From Bacteroidia bacterium (lineage in GTDB: Bacteria; Bacteroidota; Bacteroidia; UBA8524), in contig OZ244977.1 in the NCBI GenBank assembly GCA_965222995.1, forward strand, positions 905,083 to 969,082: DNA of 64,000 nt, read 5' to 3'. Below the pieces are notes generated by a model. That model was given only the letters and a program-made list of their open reading frames with translations. It was not told the DNA's origin and ran no database searches. The translations under genes were made by a program, and so were the position numbers. Shown here piece by piece: positions 20,561 through 30,700 of this stretch (positions within the stretch are counted from its first letter, which is position 1; every line of letters begins with the position of its first letter).

Positions 20561-21435
20561 AACTACGTTCAATGACCGGGTTTGGAGGGGCTGAAGCCGC
20601 TAACGACCGTATATCAGTAAAAGCAGAAATAAAATCTTTAAACGGGAAGTTTTTAGAGCTTAATCTACGAATGCCTAGGAGTTTGCAAAGCAAGGAGATA
20701 GCGTTGCGAAAAGATTTAACCAAAAAGATAGAGAGAGGGTCGGCTACTTTATACTTAACCATTGAGCGTAATTTACAAGGTGATGATGCGGCTTTGATTG
20801 ATACAGAGGTTGCACAAAAACTTTATAAAGAAGTAGAACAATTACAAAATGAGCTGGGAGCCAAGGCAGATAATATTGTTAATAGTGTTTTGGCTTTCCC
20901 CGGAGTGATAAACACTGAAAGTGTTGATGAAATTAATGAGGAAGATTGGAAGTTAATTACCGATACGGTTAATAATGCTTTTTTAGCATTTGAGAAGTTT
21001 AGAGAACATGAAGGAAATGCAATACAACAAGATTTAGTAAAATTTATTAATAACATAAATGACAGTTTGCCTGAGGTTGAAAAATATGAAGGTGAACGAA
21101 TAGCACAAGTACGTGAGCGAATCAGTAGCCAAATACATACAGTGCTTGAAGAAGAGAAAGTAGATAAAGACCGTTTTGAACAAGAAATGATTTATTACAT
21201 AGAGAAGATTGATATAAGTGAAGAAAAATCTCGCTTAGCACAGCACTGCAAATATTTTATAGAAACCATTGATAAAGAGCCAAGTGGCAAAAAATTGGGT
21301 TTTATAGCACAGGAAATTGGGCGTGAGGTGAATACTCTGGGTTCAAAAGCTTCTCATGTAGCTATACAGCAAATTGTTGTTGGTATGAAAGATTACCTTG
21401 AGAAGGTGAAGGAGCAAGTGCTTAATGTTTTGTAA
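20557..21435 (+). CDS. yicC: YicC-family protein
   Basis: MKLRSMTGFGG... N-terminus and YicC_N/DUF1732 C-terminus (KLGFIAQEIGREVNTLGSKA). The start ATG overlaps the EamA stop (ATGA), so the longer ORF at 20368 is rejected. Confidence 0.8.
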   Translation: MKLRSMTGFGGAEAANDRISVKAEIKSLNGKFLELNLRMPRSLQSKEIALRKDLTKKIERGSATLYLTIERNLQGDDAALIDTEVAQKLYKEVEQLQNELGAKADNIVNSVLAFPGVINTESVDEINEEDWKLITDTVNNAFLAFEKFREHEGNAIQQDLVKFINNINDSLPEVEKYEGERIAQVRERISSQIHTVLEEEKVDKDRFEQEMIYYIEKIDISEEKSRLAQHCKYFIETIDKEPSGKKLGFIAQEIGREVNTLGSKASHVAIQQIVVGMKDYLEKVKEQVLNVL

Positions 21436-21462
21436 GTTGAGGTTGACTCTAGAAAATGCTTT

Positions 21463-22131
21463 TTAGTCTGTGGCATAAGGCTTAGAGGGTGTTTCTATTA
21501 TTTTTCCTGAAGTATCAATTTTCCCCCAAAGTTTGTTAAGCTCTATTTTAGCAATACCATTTTCAAATTTAGAAGCATAATCAAACTTAAAATCAATAAC
21601 AACTTTACCTGTTGTATCAATAAAGCCATGTTTACCCTCACTATTTCTCACAACACAAAGTCCTTCTGAAAATTCATCTACCCATTCATATCGCGGTTTT
21701 ACTTTTACATTTTCATATATATCCATAAAACCGTATTCATCACCAAGTCTAAAACTCATCAATCCATTGTTTACACCACCTAGGTAATCATATTTTAAAT
21801 CAATGATAAATTTCCCTTCTTCATCGATTAAGCCCCATTTTTCATCAATCGCAACGTTTGAATAACCTTCTGAAAACAGCTCTGCATTATCAAATTTTAG
21901 TTCGATTACGATATTACCATCTAAGTCACTAAAGCCAGTTTTCCCATTCTCCATTACTTGAAAGTATTTAATACCTTCACGTTCACCAACCTCTCTTGAA
22001 TTAATTCTTGGGTCGTTTAGTATTTCTTTAAAAACTTCTTCATCTGTTTTTTCTTTTTTCTTCGTATTACAACTAATAATTAATGCTGAAATAATAGGGA
22101 TAACGATAAATACCATAAAGTTTTTCAGCAT
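21463..22131 (-). CDS. WG-repeat (KWG) containing lipoprotein
   Basis: Signal/lipobox ...ISALIISC. Repeated ...KWGLIDEEGKFIID..., ...GFMDIYENV..., ...KHGFIDTTGKVVID... motifs characteristic of WG-containing repeats. Confidence 0.65.
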   Translation of the reverse strand: MLKNFMVFIVIPIISALIISCNTKKKEKTDEEVFKEILNDPRINSREVGEREGIKYFQVMENGKTGFSDLDGNIVIELKFDNAELFSEGYSNVAIDEKWGLIDEEGKFIIDLKYDYLGGVNNGLMSFRLGDEYGFMDIYENVKVKPRYEWVDEFSEGLCVVRNSEGKHGFIDTTGKVVIDFKFDYASKFENGIAKIELNKLWGKIDTSGKIIETPSKPYATD

Positions 22132-22199
22132 AATTTCTTTTTTAAAGATTATTAATAAAGTGAGTATATTTAATATACTAATAACTCAATAACAAATAA

Positions 22200-22703
22200 C
22201 TACTTCTCTAACACTACCATTACTTGGTTTTTCTCTACCTTATCACCGGCTGCAACTTCTATAGAGTGTACTTTACCATCAGCAGGAGCTTTAAGTACAT
22301 TTTCCATTTTCATGGCTTCAAGAATTAAAATAGGGTCGCCTTTTTTAAATTCTGAACCTACTTCTACTAAAATTTTCAATACTAAACCGGGCATAGGTGC
22401 TTTAATATCGTTTACCTTACTGCCTGCAAGGTCTGCCATACCCATTTTTTCTAAAAGTATATCAAATCGGTCTTTAACGGCAACTGTATTTCGTTCGCCA
22501 TTTACCACTATGTTGTAGGTCTTTTCTTCTTCGTTATACCCCGTTATTTCAATATTGTATGATTTATTGTTAAGCAAAAGGTGCATCCTTCTTTCATCAA
22601 TCTTATAAACATCAGGAGTTACAGCTTCACCGTTTATTTCAATTTGTTCATCATTTTCAATGATTGTATAATCGTGTTTATCGTTTACTTTTGCCTTTAT
22701 CAT
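22200..22703 (-). CDS. Biotin/lipoyl-attachment (biotin carboxyl carrier-like) protein, stand-alone
   Basis: C-terminal biotinyl domain with the EAMKMEN biotinylation motif. No carboxylase or decarboxylase gene in the window. Confidence 0.75.
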   Translation of the reverse strand: MIKAKVNDKHDYTIIENDEQIEINGEAVTPDVYKIDERRMHLLLNNKSYNIEITGYNEEEKTYNIVVNGERNTVAVKDRFDILLEKMGMADLAGSKVNDIKAPMPGLVLKILVEVGSEFKKGDPILILEAMKMENVLKAPADGKVHSIEVAAGDKVEKNQVMVVLEK

Positions 22704-22754
22704 CAGGATATATTTTTTTCAAAAATCAACAAAACTCAAAAGATAAAAAAACCG

Positions 22755-25523
22755 ATGCGCAAATTACTTATTACTCTGGTTATTGGAATACTAACTATAG
22801 CCGCTTGTAAAACCTCAAAAAAATCTGCTAGTGATAGAGCAGATGTTAATAGTCAGGCGTATAAAGATTCAATTGCAGCAGCAGAAATGTTTGAGCAATA
22901 TGAAGAAGCAGAAGAAGCGGCGGCAGACGAAGAAGAACTACCGGATGCTGATGATGTTTTGGAGCTAGATGAAGGTTGGGAGGTAACAGCACCTGCTGAT
23001 AATAAACTTGAACCTTACCAAGCAAGTAGAACGCGCACCATAGATATTATTCATACAAAGCTTAATGTGAAGTTTGATTATGAAAAACAGTATTTGTATG
23101 GCAAGGCATACATAACACTTAAACCATATTTCTACCCCACTGATGTTGCTGTGTTAGATGCCAAAGGTTTTGATATTTTGGGTGTTTTTGAGATAGATAA
23201 GAAAAAAAATACTACACCATTAAAGTACGAGTATAAAGACTTAGCCAAACTTGAAATTAATTTAGGGCGTACTTATAAGGCTAATGAAGAAATTACCATT
23301 TTTATAAACTATGTAGCTAAGCCCAATGAGTTACCCAATGGCGAAGGTGATGGTTTCGACCCTACGCAGCCTGCTATTACTGAGGATAAAGGTTTGTACT
23401 TTATTAACCCTGAACTGAAAGAAAAAAACAAACCCCGCCAAATATGGACACAAGGTGAAACACAAAGTTCTTCATGTTGGTTTCCTACGTTTGACTCTCC
23501 TAACGAACGTATGACACAGGAAATTTTTATGACAGTTGATACGCCTTATGTAACATTATCTAACGGTAAATTAATATCATCAAAAATGAACCGTGATGGT
23601 ACTCATACCGACCACTGGAAACAAAAGCTACCTCATGCACCATATTTAGCTATGATGGCGATAGGAGATTTTGCTATTGTTAAAGATAAATGGCGCAACA
23701 TCCCCGTGTACTATTATGTAGAAAAAGAATATGCAAAGTATGCGAAACTAATATTTGGGAATACACCCAAGATGATTGAATTCTATTCAAAAAAATTAGG
23801 TGTTAATTATCCTTGGGATAAATACCATCAAATAGTTGTACGTGATTTTGTTTCGGGAGCAATGGAAAACACAGGTGCTGTAATACATTTTGATTTATTG
23901 CAACACGATGACCGCATGCACTTAGACCAACCTTTAGAAGAAGTAGTAGCACATGAGCTTTTTCACCATTGGTTTGGAGATTTGGTTACAACTGAGAGCT
24001 GGGCGAACCTTCCCCTTAATGAAAGTTTTGCTACTTATGGCGAATATTTATGGTTTGAGCATGCTTACGGCAGAGAAGAGGCAGACAATCATATCAACTC
24101 AGATTTAAAACGTTATTTAACAGAAGCTGAGGATAAGAAAGTACCGTTAGTGCGTTTCAATTATTCAAAACCCTTAGATATGTTTGATGCACATAGCTAC
24201 CAAAAAGGGGGTAGGGTATTGCACATGCTTCGTAAATATGTAGGTGATGATGCCTTTTTTAAAGCATTGAATGTTTATTTAACCAAGAATAAATTCAAAT
24301 CCGTAGAAATGCACCAGTTGCGTTTGGCTTTTGAAGAAGTAACCGGAGAAGATTTAAACTGGTTTTTTAACCAATGGTTCTATAAGCCCGGGCATCCCGT
24401 AATAAGCGTTATTCATGATTATGATGCTGAAGCAGGTTTATACACTATTAAAGTTACACAAATACAAGATGGTGATGGTGTACCCAAAGTGTACCGTTTA
24501 CCTGTGAAAGTTGATATTTATAATGCTGATGGTACAAAAACAACTGAAGATGTTGTTATAGATGAGGGTTATGAAAAGCTTGAGTTTTTTGTAGATGCCA
24601 AACCTGCTTGGGTAAACTTTGATGCCGAGAAGATGCTATTATGTGAAAAAACTGTAGTAAAAGATAATGAACAGTGGCTTGAACAGGTATCAAAAGGGCC
24701 GTTATTAATGGATAGAATTGAAGCTTTGCAACAAGTTGAGACTAATAAAGAGGATGAGTTTGCCAACGCATTAATACGTGCAGGTATCAGCGATAAGTTT
24801 TGGGCGGTAAGGGATAAAGGATTAGGTCTTATTAAAGAACTTGACTTGACTGAAACTTACAAGAAGCGTATTGCCTACATAGCTGAAAATGATAAAAAGT
24901 CTACAGTTCGTCGTAGTTCTTTAGCATTAATAACAAAAGTAAAAGATAAAGAAGACATACCTTTATACACTAAGCTACTAAGTGATTCTTCGTATTTTGT
25001 TGCAGGGGAAGCAATTACAGGTTTAGCACAACTTGATAGTGTGGCTGCTGTAAACTTTGCTGAAAAAACCTACCCAAAAGAAAAAGAAACCCAAATGGGT
25101 CCCGTGTATTTATATGTGCTAGGTAAATATGGTGCTCAAAACTATATGCCTTGGTTTGAAAAAGCAGTTGAAGAAAGAAAAGGCGGAGAGATGGACTTTT
25201 TACTTGCCAGCGGAATAGGAAGCCACATGCTTAATGGTAATGAGGAAAGAGTGTTAAAAGGACTTAACTTACTTGAAAGTATGAATGATGGAGGGAAGCA
25301 AAACTGGTTTATGATGTTTATAATGTTTGGTATTAAAAAAGATGTGAACAAAAAATACATCCCAGTTTATGAGGAGCTTTTAAAGAAACAAAATACAGGT
25401 GTGCTTACTGCTGATGATGAGGAAAAAATGGTAATACTAAATAAAATATTATCTAAAACCGGTGGTTTGGAAAAACTTGAAGAACAAGAAGAAGTTGAGG
25501 AAGGGGAAGAAAGCGGAGAATAA
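22755..25523 (+). CDS. pepN: M1-family aminopeptidase (aminopeptidase N-like) with C-terminal HEAT/ARM-like repeats
   Basis: GAMEN motif (SGAMENTGAV), HEXXH-18-E zinc motif (HELFHHWFGD...NESFATY). Lipoprotein signal (AACK). The ATG at 22755 is preferred over the TTG-extended ORF at 22581. Confidence 0.85.
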   Translation: MRKLLITLVIGILTIAACKTSKKSASDRADVNSQAYKDSIAAAEMFEQYEEAEEAAADEEELPDADDVLELDEGWEVTAPADNKLEPYQASRTRTIDIIHTKLNVKFDYEKQYLYGKAYITLKPYFYPTDVAVLDAKGFDILGVFEIDKKKNTTPLKYEYKDLAKLEINLGRTYKANEEITIFINYVAKPNELPNGEGDGFDPTQPAITEDKGLYFINPELKEKNKPRQIWTQGETQSSSCWFPTFDSPNERMTQEIFMTVDTPYVTLSNGKLISSKMNRDGTHTDHWKQKLPHAPYLAMMAIGDFAIVKDKWRNIPVYYYVEKEYAKYAKLIFGNTPKMIEFYSKKLGVNYPWDKYHQIVVRDFVSGAMENTGAVIHFDLLQHDDRMHLDQPLEEVVAHELFHHWFGDLVTTESWANLPLNESFATYGEYLWFEHAYGREEADNHINSDLKRYLTEAEDKKVPLVRFNYSKPLDMFDAHSYQKGGRVLHMLRKYVGDDAFFKALNVYLTKNKFKSVEMHQLRLAFEEVTGEDLNWFFNQWFYKPGHPVISVIHDYDAEAGLYTIKVTQIQDGDGVPKVYRLPVKVDIYNADGTKTTEDVVIDEGYEKLEFFVDAKPAWVNFDAEKMLLCEKTVVKDNEQWLEQVSKGPLLMDRIEALQQVETNKEDEFANALIRAGISDKFWAVRDKGLGLIKELDLTETYKKRIAYIAENDKKSTVRRSSLALITKVKDKEDIPLYTKLLSDSSYFVAGEAITGLAQLDSVAAVNFAEKTYPKEKETQMGPVYLYVLGKYGAQNYMPWFEKAVEERKGGEMDFLLASGIGSHMLNGNEERVLKGLNLLESMNDGGKQNWFMMFIMFGIKKDVNKKYIPVYEELLKKQNTGVLTADDEEKMVILNKILSKTGGLEKLEEQEEVEEGEESGE

Positions 25524-25544
25524 AACTTAAAGAATGTTTAAAAA

Positions 25545-25577
25545 AAGCCTTGTATTTAAATACAGGGCTTTTTTTAT
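25545..25577 (+). terminator. Rho-independent terminator after pepN
   Basis: agccttgtattt/aaatacagggct stem plus a T7 run. Confidence 0.6.
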
Positions 25578-25633
25578 TCTTTTTAAAACTTCTTAAATAT
25601 GAAGTGGTTTTAAAAACTAAAAAATAATACCTT

Positions 25634-26887
25634 TTGCAAGTGCAAAATAATTGTGAAGTAATAACTATTGGCGATGAGCTGCTAATAGGGCAGGTGATAG
25701 ATACTAACTCAGCTTGGATAGGGCAGGAACTTAATAAAATAGGGTTAGAGATTGTCCAAAAAACTGCCATAAGTGATAGTCGGGAACATATTATTGCAGC
25801 ACTAGACAGTGCTAAAACCCGAGCCAAAATTATTTTGATGACCGGAGGGCTAGGCCCGACCAAAGACGACCTAACAAAATATACATTAGCACAATATTTC
25901 AACTGTGGTTTTAGAACTGACGAAAAGGTAAAGCAACATGTGGTTGATATATTTAAGAGGTTTAACAGGCCTATTCTTGATATTAATCTTCAACAGGCAG
26001 ATGTGCCTGAAATTTGTGAGACAATTTTTAATGAGTTGGGTACTGCGCCTGGAATGTGGTTTGAAGTTGAAGGACGTATTTATGTATCAATGCCAGGTGT
26101 ACCTTATGAAATGAAGGCAATGATGCAGAACTTTGTTTTGCCCCGTATAAAAAAATTAGGCGAACATCAGCATATTATTCATAAAACTTTGGTTTCTGTA
26201 GGCATTGGAGAATCTTTTTTAAGTAAGAAAATCGAAGCTATAGAAAACAGCTTACCCCCACATGTAAAGCTGGCCTATTTACCCAATTATAATATAGTGA
26301 GGATGCGCCTTACGGCTAAAGGGGCTGATAAAGCTAAGCTACAGCAAGAGATAGATACGTTTACTAAGGAAATATATGGTAAAGTAGGTGAATATATAGC
26401 TATTGATGAGGATACTCCCATGCAAGAAGTTGTTGGAAGGCTTCTTAAAAAAACTAACAAAACTATAGCTACTGCAGAAAGTTGCACGGGTGGTTTTATA
26501 GCACATCTACTCACTAGTATTGCAGGTAGCTCTGCTTATTATAAAGGTTCTGTTGTTTCTTATGATAATAATGTAAAAGTTGAACAATTAGGGGTGGAGC
26601 AGAATATACTGGATACTGTTGGGGCAGTTAGCCAGGAAACTGTTGAGCAAATGGCTGTTGGAGTTAAGAGAAAACTTAAAACAGACTATGCTGTAGCAAC
26701 AAGTGGCATAGCAGGTCCGGGAGGAGGCTCAGAAGAAAAGCCTGTGGGTACAGTATGGATTTCAGTTGCTAAAGAAGGTAAAGTGGAATCGAAAAAATAT
26801 AAGTTTCATGGTACACGGCAAGCCATTATAGAGCGTAGTGCAATAATGGCTTTGGATATGGTTCGTAAACTTATTTTAGAAGAATGA
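25634..26887 (+). CDS. cinA: CinA-family competence/damage-inducible protein (NMN amidohydrolase PncC-like C-terminal domain)
   Basis: N-terminal MoCF-binding domain (ITIGDELLIGQVIDTNSAW). C-terminal CinA domain (TAESCTGGFIAHLLTSIAGSSAYY). Start codon uncertain (TTG at 25634, GTG at 25640). Confidence 0.85.
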   Translation: MQVQNNCEVITIGDELLIGQVIDTNSAWIGQELNKIGLEIVQKTAISDSREHIIAALDSAKTRAKIILMTGGLGPTKDDLTKYTLAQYFNCGFRTDEKVKQHVVDIFKRFNRPILDINLQQADVPEICETIFNELGTAPGMWFEVEGRIYVSMPGVPYEMKAMMQNFVLPRIKKLGEHQHIIHKTLVSVGIGESFLSKKIEAIENSLPPHVKLAYLPNYNIVRMRLTAKGADKAKLQQEIDTFTKEIYGKVGEYIAIDEDTPMQEVVGRLLKKTNKTIATAESCTGGFIAHLLTSIAGSSAYYKGSVVSYDNNVKVEQLGVEQNILDTVGAVSQETVEQMAVGVKRKLKTDYAVATSGIAGPGGGSEEKPVGTVWISVAKEGKVESKKYKFHGTRQAIIERSAIMALDMVRKLILEE

Positions 26888-27005
26888 TATAGTTGCTATA
26901 TCTTTAGTAAACTAATTTATTTATCTATGTAAATAAAAATATTTATTAATTTGAAATAAATATAAATGTTTCTGTTAGATTTGTGGAGGAAATAATGCAA
27001 AACTA

Positions 27006-27674
27006 ATGGAAGAATTAAACAGGGTATACAAAGAAATTGCACACAGGAAAGGCTTAACCCTGCAAGAAGTGAGCAATAAGCTTAAAATGAGCTATCAAAA
27101 TCTTAATCGTTTACTTACCGCAAACGATATTAAGTATTCACAACTAAATAAACTTGCCGATGCAATTGATGAACCCATTGAAACATTACTAAATGTACTA
27201 TCAAAACGCTACGAAACAGAAAAAAAACCAAACCCTTATCAAATTAAAGATGCACCGGTAGGTATGGTTAGTGAGCCGCAAATACCTTATTATAATATAG
27301 ATGTTACTGCATCGGCTTTTCCTGTATTTGCTGATGAAAGAGAAGAACCTGAATATTTTATATCAATACCTGCATTTAAAGATTGTGATTTCGCAGTACC
27401 TATATATGGTGATAGCATGTACCCGAAAATTAAAAACGGGCATATTGTGGCTGTTAAAGAAGTAAAAAATAAGTCGGTAATTCTTTACGGAGAGATATAT
27501 TTAATAATTACTGAAGACTACAGAACTGTAAAATACGTCCGTAAGCATCTTAGTGAAAAAGATAAGGTATTGCTATGTAGTGAAAACCCTTCGTTTGATG
27601 ATGTTGAAATACCTGTTGATTCTATTTTAAGGCTATTCAAAGTACGTGGGCAGATATCTATAAATGTAAACTAG
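27006..27674 (+). CDS. HTH (XRE-like) + peptidase S24 (LexA/CI-like) transcriptional regulator
   Basis: N-terminal HTH (LTLQEVSNKLKMSYQNLNRLL). C-terminal S24 fold with Ser nucleophile (PIYGDSMYP) and downstream Lys (VKYVRKH). Confidence 0.75.
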   Translation: MEELNRVYKEIAHRKGLTLQEVSNKLKMSYQNLNRLLTANDIKYSQLNKLADAIDEPIETLLNVLSKRYETEKKPNPYQIKDAPVGMVSEPQIPYYNIDVTASAFPVFADEREEPEYFISIPAFKDCDFAVPIYGDSMYPKIKNGHIVAVKEVKNKSVILYGEIYLIITEDYRTVKYVRKHLSEKDKVLLCSENPSFDDVEIPVDSILRLFKVRGQISINVN

Positions 27675-27694
27675 TTTTATACTTCATTCACTTA

Positions 27695-27727
27695 TAAAAA
27701 AAGCCCTCACAATGAGGGCTTTTTTAT
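27695..27727. terminator. Bidirectional rho-independent terminator (agccctca/tgagggct) shared by the convergent regulator and TraB/GumN genes
   Basis: 8-bp perfect stem flanked by A6 and T6. Confidence 0.7.
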
Positions 27728-27736
27728 TTATACCTA

Positions 27737-30700
27737 TTAGTAAGCGTCTTCGGCATAGTCATAATCATCATACTCATAGTCGTTATCATAATTATACCTA
27801 TAGCTTTTATACTTTTTAAATGTTTGTTCCAGTAATGCTTCTTTAAGCATTACATCAAGTTGTTTTTCAAGTGTTATCGAATCGTTTACTTTTTCAGCTT
27901 CTCCGGTTGAGAAAATTTTGGTTGATGTATTTACTTCTTTCTTGTTTTTAGGTTGTAGCCCTATCATTGCCAGCCTCCATATTTTACTGCCTTCCATTTT
28001 GTATTTATATAAGTATACATATCCTTTTTCTCCATCAAATTCTATTAGTTTTTTACTTGCCAGTGTAATGGTATCAAGTTTACTATATCTGCTGCCTATA
28101 CTACTTTCAACCATTGCTTTGGTCATAGAATCCTGGTTTTTATATTTTTCAGGGTACAGGTTCAATTTTCCGGCATCTTCAAGAGCTTCATATAAAGGAG
28201 CACGCCAATTAAGGTGTTTTGAAACTTCTTGCCATAATGTATCAGGTACCTGATGATTTGCCTTCATTAGTTTTAATGCAATGGATACTCGCAGTTTGTC
28301 ATCTCTGTATTTTAAAAGCTTTTTGAAAAAGGTATTTACACTTTTATCATTATAAAAAGGAATAAGAACTGTGGCAAGGGTTCCTAAATAGCTGCTATAA
28401 TTATTTCTATACCTGCGGTTTGAGTTATATCTGCTACGATATCTGCTATACGAGTTATAACTGCTATAGTCTTCATCGTCCTCAACCTTATTTGCTTTTT
28501 TACGTTTTAGTTCGTTTTTGGCTTCAATTTTCAGGGTTGATAAAAAGCTTTTGTAAGTATTTATGTCTATTGCATTACTATCTACCAATGTAGCTAAAAC
28601 ACCTACCATTTTCTCACGATACTCTTCTAGTAAAAATAACCCGAATAAGTCAGGGTAAAGGGTGGCAGCTAGTTCTAAGCTATCGTCCATGCTCCAAAAT
28701 AATGAGTTTATTTGGTATTTTTTCCCTAGTGGTGTTTCATCAATTAATAATTCTTTAAAGGTATTGTAAGATTCTTGCGTTTCAAGGTTTAATAATGTTT
28801 TTAAAACGGATAGTTGAAAGGTACTGGTGTCTCCTGCTTTGTAATAAAGTTCACTAAGATATTTTATATTTTCAGGTGTGTTTATGTTCCACATCTCTTC
28901 AATCATATCAGTTTTGTAATCAAAATAGTCGTCATTTTCAGGCTGGAGGGTATCAATAACTGTTGTCCAAAGCTTAAAATCTTTTTCTTTCAGCCAAACA
29001 CTGTTCATGGATTTATATGCTTCGGCATGGGTGGCACTATCTCCGTTTACAAGGTCGTTTACAATCAGTTCAACATTACTGCTAAACATACTTTCACCAA
29101 TTAGGGTGTCTTTTGGCGTGAAGGTTTCAAAAAACTTGGTTACAAACTCTTCTTTACCTTTCTCTTTTTCGTAGGTGGTAAATAATTCGTAGGCTACTGC
29201 ATTGCGAAGCATTTTGCGCTGTTTAACAACAAATGAGCAACCGGTATCTGTATACTCTATATCAGCAACTGTGAAACCGTCTTTTTTGTATATTTTTTTA
29301 TCTTGAATTACAAGTGTGCTATCACGGTTTATGCTCTTAAAGTAATCTTCCCAATAACTTGTACTGTCTTTAAATCTCAGGTATTTTCCATATCGTTTAT
29401 ATGAGACTGTTACCGTGGGGTATGATTTTTTGTTTTTTATGAAAACTTTAGTCTCGTTTAAAGTTTTGTAAGGTTTGTCTTTGGCTTTGTAGCGGCTAAA
29501 TTTTCTGATGAGTTGTTCTAAAGCATTTTTTTGTGGTGTTGTGGTAACGGTAAAGTGCATCAAAGTATCGTCATACTGTTCATAGGTAACCGTTGGGGGT
29601 TTTGCAAATGTTAGTGATTGTATAAACTTATCGGCATCGCTACTATCGGTTTTATACTTTGCCGATAGTATGTATACATAACCTTTGTGCATTAAATACC
29701 TCACTTGCATGTTATAGTCTTCATCAATACTGTAGCGGGCATCCATAATTTGCTTATCACCTTCTTTTGTAAATTTTCTTTCCAGTTCTTCATAATACTT
29801 GCTTTCACTAAAGTCAAACATTACTTGCTCAAGTAGCAAAGAGTCTGGCGTTGTTGTATTTTCTGACAGGTAAAGATTAGATTTGGTAATGCTGTATGTG
29901 TTGTTATTATTAAAGTCTATAGCAGTAAACGGTTCGGGGTTGAAATACATGAGTATTGATGTATCTCCATAAAACAATGGTGGGTGAGGCATTAGAGCTG
30001 AAAATGTACCATCAGGCGATGTGAATGTTTGCCAATTGGTAGCTTTAGGTGTTTTTAGCTCAATTGATTTAAAAAACTTGTTGGCTTCTTTACTATTTGC
30101 AAACTCTCCTGTTCCGCCAAGTTTGAATACAAAAATTTCTTCGGGCGTTATAAGTATTTCATAACGTTGTATGTCGCCTCTACGGGTTAGGGTAACAATG
30201 CTATAACCATCAAACCCTTGGCGTTTAATTTTTTCCTGTTTTTGGATTTTTCCGGGTATGTTCTCATACAGTAAACTATCTACACTTTTTAGTACATATT
30301 CTGTTGAGTGTTCTAGCTCTCTGGCAAAGGTTTTTATACGGGTAACTGTGTAGTAGGCTCCGTTTGCCATATCAGGGTGGAAATAACTTCGCGTTGACCC
30401 TACCCCGGGAAGTTCATACATTTTTCCGGGTAGGTTTACTTCAAAGTAGTTGTCAAACGGTTTTTCAGTAGCAAAATCTTTTTGTATTACAATTTCATCA
30501 ATTTTTCTTTTTTGTTTGGTGGCTCGTTCGCCTTGTTGCATCGCTCTAAGTGTATAGCCCTTTTCTCTCAACATTTCTATTACACCTTTCTCACCGGGTA
30601 GGTGAGATGCACCCATACCTGCAAACAATCTTAGGTTAGCGGTTTTCATTATGCTGTCCATACGGTCTGCCATTACCTGATTTCTGCGGTATAACATATA

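Noticed and set aside
22581-22754. TTG-initiated N-terminal extension of the aminopeptidase ORF overlapping the biotin-carrier gene
   Set aside because: The extension is hydrophobic junk overlapping the convergent/divergent neighbour. The ATG at 22755 gives a proper lipoprotein signal peptide.
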